A stretch of DNA of 62,711 nt, counting the filler, from Choristocarpus tenellus KU-1152 (lineage: Eukaryota > Protista > Phaeophyceae): assembly GCA_964200185.2 (NCBI GenBank). It is 12 parts of 12 records of this genome, joined end to end, with 100 filler letters (N's around TTAATTAATTAA, not from the genome) between each part and the next. Parts side by side here need not be neighbours in the genome. Positions count along the whole stretch, not along the records: positions 22,924 to 27,288 come from CAXNAD020014898.1; positions 27,389 to 32,806 come from CAXNAD020010844.1; positions 32,907 to 42,700 come from CAXNAD020003387.1; 9 more parts are not named here. One strand, written 5' to 3'. The position numbers and the translations under genes are program-made. This document shows positions 24,435-36,793 of the stretch, one piece after another. The stretch's first letter is position 1. Every line of letters begins with the position of its first letter. The notes under the pieces are model-generated. The model was not told the DNA's origin, searched no databases, and saw nothing but the letters and a program-made list of their open reading frames with translations.

Positions 24435-25028
24435 CTACAACTCCCTCACCTCTGTCATTTTCTCCCCTTGATCCACCCCAATTGTACCCCAATTGCCTCT
24501 GGATGTCTCCTCAGCAGCTAGAGTCCTAGCCCCAGTCGCCACTCCCAAAGGGAGAAGGATCACCTCCCTCACAGCCCACGACCGTCCTGCCATCCACAAC
24601 ACCATCGGTCGCCACAGTCGCTCCTGGGCTGGCCCAGAGCAAGCCAGTGCCCAGCACATGGGCACAGTAAGTGGAGTGGTAGCTATGATTGAGAGTGTGA
24701 TTGGCACAAAGGCAACAGTAGTGAGGACTGCAGCACTTGTCAGAACCAGAGGCAGCAGTACCAGGGCAGCAGCAGTGACACCAATGGTCACAACCAGGTC
24801 GAGTTGGGAAATGAGGTTTGAAACCTTTTGTAAGAAAATCGCAATGGTATCCAGGGTGACTGTAGCTACTGGGTCAGCCTGTTGGTGCAAGTAAACGGTG
24901 GCGGATTGACGTGTAAGGGTAATGGTGACTTGATGGGAAAGGTCCCCTGAAAATTTCCTCCTACTATTGTAGAGCCCTAACAGAGAATCACTACCTACAA
25001 TGTTCACAGGAGGGCACAGTGATGTCAT
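24435..25028 (-). CDS. Unknown protein with a long uninterrupted hydrophobic segment (possibly pseudogenised)
   Basis: 197-aa ORF containing a ~55-aa uncharged, Pro-punctuated stretch. In frame with ORF 25044-25628 across a single TGA. Confidence 0.45.
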   Translation of the reverse strand: MTSLCPPVNIVGSDSLLGLYNSRRKFSGDLSHQVTITLTRQSATVYLHQQADPVATVTLDTIAIFLQKVSNLISQLDLVVTIGVTAAALVLLPLVLTSAAVLTTVAFVPITLSIIATTPLTVPMCWALACSGPAQERLWRPMVLWMAGRSWAVREVILLPLGVATGARTLAAEETSRGNWGTIGVDQGEKMTEVREL

Positions 25029-25649
25029 TACACAAGCACTTGATCATGCCTTCCTTCTTACTTTTGAATGAAGCATGCCCCGAGTCCAAGTACCAGCAGT
25101 GGCCAACCAAGAGAGTGGTCTTCGCAGGTGGAGTCTGGGCAACCACTGCAGTGAAAGGAAGACGATTGCATCTCCTTCCGGCCTCTCCTCCCTCATCTTC
25201 CTCTCCCCTTTCGAGTGTCTGACACCACTCCTTCCCCAGTACCCTTGAGCTGGTATATCTCCATGCTCCTGCTGACAACCCTCCTTGCCCTCTGGCTGAG
25301 GGCAACCAGCTGTTCCCTGGTCTTTACACTGCTGTCTAACAAATTCCTCCTGTTCCTGTTTATTCTCCAGCTCTGGGCTAATTATCTCTACTGGTTCTGG
25401 AATCACATGACAAGACACCTGTGTTGGTTGTGCCCCCATTCCCCAATCCTTGCATGACAGCGTGGAGTTGGCCTCCTGCACTTTCCCACCAGCCTCGCCA
25501 GTGAACCATGTGTTCAAAAGGGCAACAGTCAAGGACTTCCTAACAAATATACAAGTTTGCGAAAAGGTCATGAGACAGTCGAGTAAGGTTGGGTGTTGAA
25601 AGAAACAGCAAAAATATAGAAAGGTCAAACAGAGCCATCCCCAGAGAAA

Positions 25650-26700
25650 ATTACAATATCAGGGGTGAGAGGGAGATGGAAGGGGGCAGAAAATATGCAA
25701 AGGGATCGGCAATGGGCACATAGATATTTACAGGAATGGGTACCATACTTGCCCGGGCAGTGGGGAGTGTCAAGTTCAAGGAGGGGAATTCATACATGGA
25801 GGGAGGGAAGTTATCAGAATAGAAGGAGTCTGGAGAGAGTACAAGAGCCGTTTCAAATTCAAAGCAGTGCATCATATGTGAAAGGGACTGAGGATAATGG
25901 TTCAGTTTGCAATTGAATTGGGTACAGAAGAAGCAAACAAGGCCTTCGAATGGCATCTACTCTTGGAAGCAGGGCGCAGAGAGAGGTTGCGCATCAAAGG
26001 GATACACAATTCAGTAGAAAACGTACAGAGAAACATACTGAAAAAAAACTCTGTGTAAGACTGAAGGTATCCAAACATAGAAGTAAGCGACTCACTCCTC
26101 AGTGACCCCGTGGAAGACGATAGGCTTGCCTGTAGTAGAAGTATTACCATCCTGCACAGGGGTATACATCCCGGGTACAACCCTGCGCTGGCAAGCGTGA
26201 TTGTCATTGGTAAGGATGACGAGTGTAGAATGGAACAACCAAGGGGGTTTGGTACGGTGGGAGTAGAGGTTATTTCGAAAGACATAGATACGCCAAAAAA
26301 TAGTCACGCGATGACCCCGAGCAAAACAGCTTGCCTCAAAATAAAAGAAACATGAGAAGGAAACTCTCAGGTAGTTGCTCCTTGCGAATTTTCCCTGGCA
26401 CCTAGACACCTTCCTGTGGAACCGGAAAACACATCTTAGGAGTCCGTCCTCCCAACGATCAAGTAACCCAAAGATTCGGGGAACATTCACTTCTTCCGAT
26501 ACGCACCAACTTGGTACTGTGTAGCTGATTGCCAATGGAGAGCTCGATAATGGTTTCCAGTCCTGGGCTGTACTCCTGAACATGAAGTCGTCACAACCAG
26601 GTCAAGAAAAGGGTTCGAGGGGCAATCAAGGCGAGATTCGCTCTCTCACAGTGCTCCACATATGGTCATTAAAGTCGTCTATAGATTAAAATGCGCAGTG
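25650..26700 (-). mobile_element. Decayed Gypsy-like RT relic
   Basis: Residual motifs in the expected order: GSLR..MFGY (cf. DGSLRMCMDY), FFS, MPFEGL (cf. MPFGL). Boundaries approximate. Confidence 0.35.
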
Positions 26701-26761
26701 ATACTACTGTGCAGGTGGTAAAGTCGGGGTTGCTGGTAACCATCGGGAGTTGAGATTGAAG

Positions 26762-26817
26762 TCAGGTGTTCTAGTCAGGTGTTCTAGTCAGGCGTTCTAG
26801 TCAGAGGTGTTCTAGTC
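26762..26817. repeat. 13-bp tandem repeat x4
   Basis: TCAGGTGTTCTAG units. Confidence 0.85.
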
Positions 26818-27251
26818 CTTTGGAAATACCTTGTCGCAGTGAACTCCATCCACGGAAACCATTAGATCTCCAACGAGGCGGATAGGCATCTTTCTTACCA
26901 TCATACCTGTCCCATTCGTCCCATTTCGCATTGTTAGTAAGTCCATTGTGTGTCCATGGAGCATTAAGTAAGTCAAGTTAAGTCATTGTTGATGTGGGAC
27001 AGAGAAAGGTGTTGATAGTCGGATGTGGACCCAATAAAAGGTATAGTTGTCCAACAAAAAGTGAAAGTGTATGAAGTAATCTGAGTTTTGTGGGCGGAAG
27101 AATTCTGGTTGGTTGGGGGCATGGGGCAAGGAAGGGGACAAGAAAGAAAAGAAGAATCAACAAAGAATGTACGAGAGTGAAGGAACAGTTGGGAGGTTAA
27201 AGAATTGAGTGGCAGGCAGAGGCACGAGGAATGAAGGGATGGTCAGTGGCT

Positions 27252-27288
27252 CAAAGTATCTGGGAGGGGGTGGCGGCTGTCCATTTGG
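27252..27288 (+). mobile_element. MITE family A left end at contig end
   Basis: CAAAGTATCTGGGAGGGGGTGGCGGCTGTCCATTTGG is identical to the start of the 34027 copy. Confidence 0.9.
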
Positions 27289-27424
27289 NNNNNNNNNNNN
27301 NNNNNNNNNNNNNNNNNNNNNNNNNNNNNNNNTTAATTAATTAANNNNNNNNNNNNNNNNNNNNNNNNNNNNNNNNNNNNNNNNNNNNTCCGCACACCCT
27401 CCCCCCCTCACACGCATCCACTCT

Positions 27425-27436
27425 CACACACACACA

Positions 27437-27501
<65 letters not shown>

Positions 27502-27545
27502 CACACACATCCCACACACACATCACACACACATGTATATACACA
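27425..27545. repeat. (CA)n microsatellite
   Basis: Seen directly. Confidence 0.95.
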
Positions 27546-27788
27546 AAAATCTATCGCAATGCCCCATCCCACTCGACGGAAACCAACAATAAAAAAGTCA
27601 TTCAAAAAGTTGAAGGGAAAGAAAACGATCGCAGAGGGGGAATAACACTACTTTCACTTAATCTGGTGCGTAGGCCGATGCTTATGTCGCCTGTAGGAAC
27701 CTGTATCACCTAACCCTCCATATCGTGTAACGACTTTCCAAAGGTGACACCTCATGCATTCCAACTTTGCCCCACCCCTCTCTCTTAC

Positions 27789-29434
27789 CACCAGCTAGAA
27801 ATCTGAATGTAAAAATGCTTTCCAAGAATGCTCCGGTAACTACCACTGCTCCAGGTCGGTCCGCCTTTCCTGCAAATAAAGAGCGGGTACATACTGCTGC
27901 GAGAAAATCATTACTTGCAATCTCGCAGAACAGTTTTTTCAAAATGTTTTTCCTCACGGGTGTCCCAAGAGCTCATTTTCAGTAACCTTCCGCCATCATG
28001 AAACAATAAATAGAAATGCATGCGCTATCCACAAGCATGAAATGATTGGGCATACTATAGACAAAAACATTAAACACATGTGGTGTTGAACAAACTCCAA
28101 CCTACCATACAGAAAGTATAGCTTTCCTTGGGATTACCACAACAGAACCGAAATCCGCAGGTTGAAAGCAACAAACAGCTGAATAACGTTTTAATACGTT
28201 CAAGAATTGGGGCATGCTTTGCACATCAGGGTGGTGTGTTGAGAATTGCAGGATGCCAGATCATGAAACTTGAGAAATGTGCTCTACTGGTTATAAGTAG
28301 TGGTTAACTCTAAATCTTGGTGCATAACATCATTATCCCTTTCCCCCCTCTCCAAAATTATTTTTCCTCGTGTGATATGTCTACAAAATAGTTCTTGGCA
28401 AAATGTGTCCCTCAGAGTAACATCAAAAATACTCCCAAGTACCTGTACTTGAGGCTTCGAAATCCGCATCACTATCATCTTCATGATTCCACCCATCGTC
28501 CTCATCATCGAGAATCAACTCGCGCGACCCAAATGTCGAGTAGTCGGCAAATTCCACGTCCTCTGGGTTAGTGTCATCCCAGTCACCATCCAACGTCCAT
28601 GAGGAAGCTGCCAAACGAGGCAAAGCAAGGATGCGCCGCCCCCGTCCATTCCAAGCCCGTTCCCCCACTCCACCAGTCCCCTAGGAACAAGGGCAAGGCA
28701 ATATGATGCGTGTGCTATGATGTGAGTGTTGTACTTGTAGGGGACTGCGCAGGAGTAGTTTCTTGGTCTCAAGGTGACTATCAAGTGAGCAAGGTTACAC
28801 CAGATATAAGCCTTGGTTATGACACAACGCAGAGACAACAGCTTCCAGGTGAACATTTTTATTACATTGCAAGGCACAATCAGCAAAATAAGGTGCAATT
28901 AGCTCCATCGTGTGTTGCCCAAGTCAAAGGAGAATCCTCGTCATGTTGCACCACAAAAAAGAAACTAAGCAAGTACGAGGGACATCCCAAAGTCGGTGAT
29001 TGTATAGGTCCTAGTGATCAGAACAACCAACAGGTTTTACGGAGTATATCTTGAACACAAAGAAACCTGTGTAACGAAAAGGTCGATACAGGCTACCCCC
29101 CACCGAAAGTTGCAGTCCTTCCAAATATAGTTAGACTGGAAGAGGTTGAGCTTGACACGCTGCGACACCTACAATCGCGCATTGCACAACGAATCCACTA
29201 TCGATCCACCAAGGATATTTATATCTAGTGAGTAACTCAGGACTATGGTAGGGGGTTGAGTACCATGATGCGCGAGGTTTCATGGAGTTGAAGGTCACGA
29301 GAGGGTGGAAACCCCGTGCACCACCATCCGCAGCGAAAGGATCGCATGGGAGTTCTTCGTTCTGCGTGCAAGACGCCCGCGTGCCATCCGCGGACCACTG
29401 GCAGGGCCACTGCCCCTACAAGAAGAGCTACCAT
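27789..29434 (-). CDS. Unknown protein with N-terminal signal peptide; exons 29264-29434, 28443-28680, 27789-27869
   Basis: Three GT-AG-bounded exons splice in compatible phases (0, then 1): MVALLVGAVALPVVRGWH... / GTGGVGERAW...DDEDDGWNHEDDSDADFEASST / GKADRPGAVVVTGAFLESIFTFRFLAG. Confidence 0.6.
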
Positions 29435-32400
29435 GCCTTTCGAAGCTGGAGACCAACTTGTTTGATGTGGGTTGGTGAGTGATACAATCTGCTCCGTATC
29501 ATTAAAACACCACGAAGTATACAATATGGCATAAAAAATACGTGAGAGGGTTGTTTCAAAAATAATAGAACTTTTGATACTCACATTTTAGTTTGATGAT
29601 GAGGAAGTTTGATGGAACAGGGTGGTGTGTTACTGGGCTTATGATGTTGGACGTTGCCTGTTTTCTGGAAGGATTTCTCATCGAAAGACTAAGCAAATCT
29701 TTCACTTCAGGTTGTGATACCCGCTGAATCATGTGTCCTCGATCTAATGGGTAGAACACTTTTCATTAACGGTGTTTTTTGTAACAGCGTATGACGGGGT
29801 ATTTAAGTTAAATATGTGACGAGGATGCCTCCTATCGGCACGGGCTGGATTCAGTATGGTGCATAGACCACAATGCGGAGACGCGCTTGCTACAATTTTC
29901 TCCACGACCCTGGCCAATGGTATCATCGGTCCGCTCCCTCGTCGTCAACTAGATAGGGTAATGACTGTGGAGGATCCTTAATGTTCTTATATGAAAAGCC
30001 TGAATGAGAGTGAAAGCTAAACCTAAACCTGAACCTAGCCATAATACTGCTAATGTAGATGTGTTGTAGGTAGGTGGAAGTGGGTTCGTTCTTGTACCTT
30101 TTGTGAGAAGCTTGAATGATGCAAACACTATCATGTTATTACTATCCCTATCCTCCCCTACAAATGCGCCGTTTTAATTTCTTCATTATTTATTATCCCA
30201 AAATTTGATGGTTTGGTCAACTTTTGATTTGAGGTGTTTCGATATGGAGTCGGAGGTCATGGTTGAATGAATTTTCGTTGTGGATGGATTGTGCTATAAT
30301 GGATTATACCACATACTAAGTAGTACAGCGCTTCGTGATGTCAAGTAGTTATGAGATATATAGTTGACTGGGCTACCTCGTGATGGCGAGGCAAACCTTA
30401 TTTCTCACATTTCACGTATAAATGCTTTCGAATGCACTCATGTTCCACCCCCTCTCCCCGCCTCCCTCCCTTCAAGAAATGCAAGAAGAGTTGAGGTGGT
30501 AGGTATTCTTGCCAAGCGAACGAATTCTATTGGCTTATCGTGTGTATGCAATATAAGCCTTAACTGTACCATGAACTTTCTCACTCTCCACTTGTACTAC
30601 TGGTATCCCATACAGCCTTTGTTAACAACCTTTTGCAAATCACGATTATTTTTTTGTTGAATTTTATGCGCGTATAGATGAATTGATGGGTGGGTGGTTG
30701 TTTGCAGTATCCAGAAAGATTGACCAGCTGATACACAAGTTCCCAAAGTTGCTCTTCCAGGACATGGTGATAGAACTCAAGCCCAGTTCCTAGGATATGT
30801 GGAAGGTAGAGATAGTCTGTTCTCATGGTTGGGGATAGGTGGGAAGGGAAGGGGGTTTCCTCTTACTCTGACCTTTTCGCCTCCCTCCAAATCACGAGGA
30901 AATTTCATCTGCTTTATCCGACTGTTACCTGGTTTCCTGCCTGAGCAAATAACTTGGCTGACAACACACATTGTTTTACCATATATATCAACTTCAAACT
31001 GACGCTCTATAGTAGTAGCTTTGAGCAATATCATTGTTGTCCGTTCAGCACTTCCTTCCATTAACAACCTATCATTCCTCTCCTCCCTCCTCGGACTGCT
31101 CTTTGCTTGGTTCTACTACTCTACCAGGCCCTCGGTCTAGAAGGCCTGACTCCCCTGCCAATTCCAGAAAAGAGTCCCACTCCCAGTGACTACACAGCGA
31201 ACCAGGAGGAAAGGGGTAGGGGATGAGGAAGGGGAAGGGGCATGGTGGACTATGATGGGGTTGGAGGGAGGGTATCTATGGGTGGGTGTCCACTACAAGG
31301 AGGGCTGGGAAACGTCATATTTTGGACAATGGATCCAGGGAGAGTGGGGGTGACCGGCCGATGTTGAATGGGGGTTGGTGTTGGGAGGGGTGATGGGGTG
31401 AGAGGACCATGGGGGATTGGTAGTAGAAGACAACGACTTGCAAGTAGGAGGGGAAGGAAAGTGGGTAAGAGCAGGTGGAAGAGCTCAGCTGTTGCTCATA
31501 GTATACGCTGATTGTAGCGAATTATGGCAGTTGGTGAACTTCACTGTAGAGGTAGTTCTTGTGCACTCTGCGTGCGTCCAAATGGGCCAAAGTGTCCTTG
31601 TGTGCTGCGGTGTGAAAATCGGGAGTTATACTCACTCAGGTGTATGGTATTTGTAAGTTGTGGTGTTCGTTTATGCAGATCAATATAGCCTCATCATGGT
31701 GTGTCGTGAAGGAGGGAGAGGGGGATTTGCACTCAAACGTTATTCACGTAATAAGTGGATTGGTGTGCGTTTGAAGTGTGAGCTATATCTCGAGGTAATG
31801 GTTAGGAAATGTGACCTGCAAAGGTTGCCGTCGCGAACACTATAACGTGAATCGCACTTTTTTCTTAGACAAAAAGTATCCAAATATTAACTTCTAGAGC
31901 TATTGCGTGTTCCGTCTCACATCATCATCATCACAAACCAATCCCAAGAGACAGTCATCGATGTTGGTGGAAAATCAAATAACGAGAACGTATCAAGAGT
32001 GGTGAGAGACTGAACTGAATTGTGTTACTGATATAGACATAAGGGGTATGTTGTTGCTTCAAATTGTGTTCAGTATGTTGGAGGAGGCTGTGATGACTTT
32101 GAGCTATTGGGTGAAAAGACAGTGCGGGAGCATGTTGTCCTGCAAATATGGGAAGCGCAGGCCTCCCCTACCTCCCAACCTCACAAGGGTGGCACTATCT
32201 GGGAGTGGAAAAGTGAAATCTGGAAATGTTCCAAGTCATGCAAGTATTTGGACTATTATTAGTCATTTTTTTAAGTGAGGGTCACAGGTGTCAAAAGAAA
32301 ATAAATGCTACATTATTGTAAAACTAGAAAGATTGTAAACCAAGGGAGGGACAAAACGTGTTGTAAAAATGTGTAAATGCACAGAGAGAATTTGTGAATT

Positions 32401-32906
32401 CATCTACAATTTTCTACTGCTGTTGTCCTGTCCTGTGCGAACACACCTGGAATGGTAATCTTGGGTACAGATTTTACCTTATTTTCGAGTACCCAGTCAC
32501 CAGAGCCAACCTAGCATTGGAGACAACAACAACTATGTCGTATTATCTCATTTAAATTTCAAGCATTAAAAAAAGCTTGGAGGGGAGTCGTAGCCAGCCA
32601 ACACAAGAAATTTAACTTGTATAGATCTTACATCTGCTTGGTACCATTGTTCAAAGAGTGAAGTCTGCACCACGATGAGAGATTTGTGCTGCAGGTATAT
32701 ATATATATATATTGTGGGGTTTTAGCATGGCTGGACTACGTCCTTATAGCAAGAAGAGCAGCTTTTTCGAGAGTGGCAAAGTACAGGGTCAAAATATCTG
32801 AGGGGGNNNNNNNNNNNNNNNNNNNNNNNNNNNNNNNNNNNNNNNNNNNNTTAATTAATTAANNNNNNNNNNNNNNNNNNNNNNNNNNNNNNNNNNNNNN
32901 NNNNNN

Positions 32907-32962
32907 TGATTTTGGTCCAAATGGACCCTCTGGTGTAGACCCCCCCCCCCCCAGATACTTCG
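32907..32962 (+). mobile_element. MITE family A right end at contig start (further termini at 22924-22935, 32790-32806, 42683-42700, 53450-53468)
   Basis: GGTCCAAATGGAC...GTAGACCCCC...CCAGATACTTCG. Confidence 0.85.
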
Positions 32963-33622
32963 AGTAAAAAAATATGTCTTTGCTCACCTAGTGAAAACAT
33001 AATTGGTTACTTCAAACCATCATATATGCTTTTGTGAATATCTTTTTGAGGTGATGTATTATTTTTAGCATACACTCTGCTTGAACAAAGGAATGACAAT
33101 ATTTCGAAGTGAGTATTTTCCACCAGCACCTGTGAAGAAAATCATAAACCGACGTGTGCAAGATAGAAAGGGGTGCACATGAGGGATGAGATCTAAAGTC
33201 CCTTGCTCAAGTAAGGCATCCTAATACGAACCTGCACCATTCTGATGGGAAACTGAACAGCTTGAGAAGTGAAAGCAATTGACAATTATAGTAGAGTAAA
33301 TGAGAGGTACCCAGAGTTGCATTTTGTGGATGCCCGCAAGTATTTGCAAAATTCAGGAAAAGCATGTAGGATATTTTCTGAAATGTGTTTTTAAGTTTTC
33401 AAACAATAGTAGACACTTCAACCCTCTCAAGTCAAATTTTGCACTTCATACATAGAACTATGGGTGAATTGCAAAGATTGAAACTAGATTATAATGCAAA
33501 ACGACCAAAAACTGGGTACCCCTCGTGTACTTTGGCTCAAAGGCATTGTCTATGGTCAATACACCACTCATCTTTTTCTCACATCGCATATTGAACCATT
33601 TGAAATTACCTCACACTAACAG

Positions 33623-33728
33623 AATGCTGGACAAGGATCCGTCTCATCGCATTACCCTGGAGGGGGCCATGAGTCATGACTGGGTAACCAGGGAAGGCAT
33701 TTGTCCCCTAGAACTGGACCAGGATCAG
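33623..33728 (+). CDS. Ser/Thr protein kinase, subdomain XI exon (CAMKK-like)
   Basis: RMLDKDPSHRITLEGAMSHDWVT. CTAACAG acceptor, CAG|GT donor. Confidence 0.8.
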
Positions 33729-34026
33729 GTGTCACTCCAAACCTCTCAATTCTATTGTTCAAACCCTCACTCTCCCTACTTTGATGCCATCTCTTTGAAG
33801 ATTGTTGAAACGTAGGAGCCCATACCTTTCCATTCTTTGGGTTTGGCATATGTATGACTAGTTGTCTTGCCACTCGCCTTCTCCAATGTTTGTTAACTCT
33901 GAACCGCAGCTGAAGTGAGACGAGATCAATCACCCAAACAATTCTCCACCTAGTTTCAATTGTATCAATCTTAGTTTGAGTGCAAATAAACGAATTCTAC
34001 TCCACATTAGCAGTGTTTTTTTCGCT

Positions 34027-34191
34027 CAAAGTATCTGGGAGGGGGTGGCGGCTGTCCATTTGGGGTCAATTTTTTCATGTCGTGATTTTTGGGTTATTTG
34101 GTTGCATACGTCGGATGGATACTGCAAATGCACTTTTCCTGATTTTGGTCCAAATGGACACCTAGACTCCCCCCCCCTCCCAGATACTTTG
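34027..34191 (+). mobile_element. MITE family A, full-length reference copy (165 bp)
   Basis: Perfect TIR CAAAGTATCTGGGAGGGGG / CCCCCTCCCAGATACTTTG plus subterminal inverted TGTCCATTTGG / CCAAATGGACA. Confidence 0.95.
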
Positions 34192-34680
34192 GGTCTTTGT
34201 CAATAGGCATACCATCTGTTTTGGTTAAATATCATCTAATCCTTTTTTTAATTTCTTTCCCTTCAAAGCACTGTGTGCTCATTGAAATGGATCTGGGTAT
34301 GCCAGATCTTTGAGGGTAAAAGATAGACATAATCTCACTTGAAATATATGAATTTACTGGAGCGATTTCAGCTTGGATACTTATCTAGTATGTGGATTCA
34401 ATCTGCCCATAAAGTAGATTGAAGTGCTTTTCCCAGTGAAGGTAACTTGATTGAGGGATATTGGTCTACTATGATGTGAAAATGTTCACCCCAAACTCCC
34501 ATACACCTGCTGCCTTAAAATAAACAATCAACAAAATTTCGATCACAGGAAGGATTCCTTCATTTTTCTTATTGCAGCCTGGGGCTGACAATATCCTATA
34601 AATCAACTTCATTATTGAAGCCAGCACTTGCTCCAGACCACAACATAAGCTTTATTTTTTCTACTTGTCTCATGCGGTAG

Positions 34681-35982
34681 CCTCTCTGCTTCCCTGATAA
34701 CCTCACTAAAGCAGCTGGCCTTCACCTCCGAAGAATTCATAACCGGCCACCCCAAGAATACACGGCAATCACCCTCTGCTTCCACTCCTCCAGAACCCTG
34801 GAAAGAGAGCACCAACGATGCATCAACTTCTGCTATGGGTCTTCCTGATGCCAGAGACGTGAACCTACCGGTTGCTCAAAACAGCAACATTACGCCACCC
34901 ATTTTGCGACCCACGAGCACACTGCTGACTCAGTCATCTCTGTTCCATTCAAGACCTCCTGGAGTTCCACCGCCTCACAGATCTGAGAACCCACCCAAGT
35001 CTCAGCCCCACAAAGAAAACACAGTTGAAAACCCTGGAGTTGGGACAGACTTAGAAAAGGCTCACAAGAAAAATATGACTGCTGCTGCGGAAGGTCCAAT
35101 CAGTTGTCCTCCTGACGTTCCTATCAACTCACCTTGTGCCACAGAGGTCCCAGTGGAGGAAGGGATTATAAGACGTGGGATGGATGCTTTTGCAGCTGCG
35201 TTCACAACCATGACGGGTGGGCATGAGTATGCACAGGAGATTTCAAGTTCAGATCATGGAGAGGGAAATTGGTCGGACAGTCTAAGTGCTAGCTTACAAA
35301 CCAGTTTATCACTCGAGTCCCCCCCACACATCAGGGAACACAAAAAGACGGCACAAGGGGATTTTGAGCCTAACAGAGACGGGCCAAGTCCAGTGGATGC
35401 CGCATCCAAACTGTCTCCAATATTTGTCTCTGGGGAACAGGCTCTACTACCTTCATGCTCAAAGCTTGGAGGAGAGGATGGGGTGATCGAAGTACCAACA
35501 GCAGTGGGGATAGCAGCAGGAGAGAATGGAGGGGGAGAACAGGCGAATGAGGATTTTACCTCTATTTTGTCCCCAGGATGTGCGGGTTCCCCTGGCAACA
35601 ATGTCGACCTCCTTAAGAAGAGGACAGTGCAGTTGCCAAGATGGAATACTTGGAGGAAAACGAGGGAGCAGACTCAAGGGAAGCGAAAATATTACTCCAA
35701 TGACAATTTTTCCGTTAATAGCCGACCAAGCATCAAGGCTAACACAAAAAATACTAATACTAAAGCTCTGGACTCTACCCTTGAAGACTTCAGCACAAGT
35801 GAGGCTTGTGCTCCTACAGTACCTTTGTCCTTTGACTGTTCTCTCTTGTTGACAACCTCTGTTTCCGCAAGAAAGAGAAAGGACCAGAATGGGATAAAGG
35901 GAACGCCAATAGCAGGAGTTATGTGGCGCCTCCATAATAGCAGCTTGAGTCGGCGGGATATCGAAAACGTGATGGACAAAGG
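34681..35982 (+). CDS. Large low-complexity (S/P/E-rich) exon, possibly the kinase C-terminal tail
   Basis: About 430 open codons ending at GG|GTAAGA, which splices in phase to 36794. The 5' boundary is uncertain. Confidence 0.7.
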
Positions 35983-36793
35983 GTAAGAGATAGAAGATGA
36001 CAAAACCCTTTTTGCTTTTGATTTTTTTTTGTCCCATTGGAACCTTCATCTCAATAGCAGTTGCCTTGAGCGTGTTTTGAGTGTTAGTGATAATCTACTA
36101 AAGAAAAAAGTTTACCTTGTCGTGTAGTTGTCATTTTCTGTATCTTAGTTTCCCAATGAAGCAACATTTCCTAAACACTTGAGGTGCCTACCCAACAGAC
36201 ACATTGCCAATTGTTGGAGGGACCCTCCAGTTGGTGAACAGAGGGAACCCAGGCGAAGCAATGCCGCATATTGAGTTTTCAATATATTGCTCTTAACAAC
36301 AAATAATAATGACTTTTGTCAATATCCAATTGTACCCAAGGGTAAACACCTAGTGATTGCATGCTTAAACATAAAACCTGCTCATGCCGTCTCCCCTCCA
36401 TAATGTTTCCTGAGACACATCCATCTCACCTTTCTCCCCTCTCCTTTTCTTAGTCAAGTATACACAACAAACACTCCTCCATTCTCTCTTCTTTAATATC
36501 AACAACTCCGCTCTACCCCCAGCATCCATGTCACTCCCCTTCTTATACCTCAATATGCGAGTCCATGACTAGGTCATTCTATGCCCACCACTAAAACAAA
36601 GGTCGACAGTGATTGTAACCCGTGCACCATCCCTAGCCCTCCCTCTACCTCACAGACCCCAAATTATCCCTCTCACCGTCCATGACATCAGGATGTACTC
36701 AAGTACCAGCTCAGCCCAAACTTCAACCATGTCCCTAACCCATCACTACAGCTAAAGTGTTCTTGCAACTATGTAATGATATCGTCTTGGCAG

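Noticed and set aside
22824-25628. Joining the minus-strand ORFs at 23456-25628 to the FYVE gene
   Set aside because: They are separated by an artificial linker and I found no phase-compatible junction.
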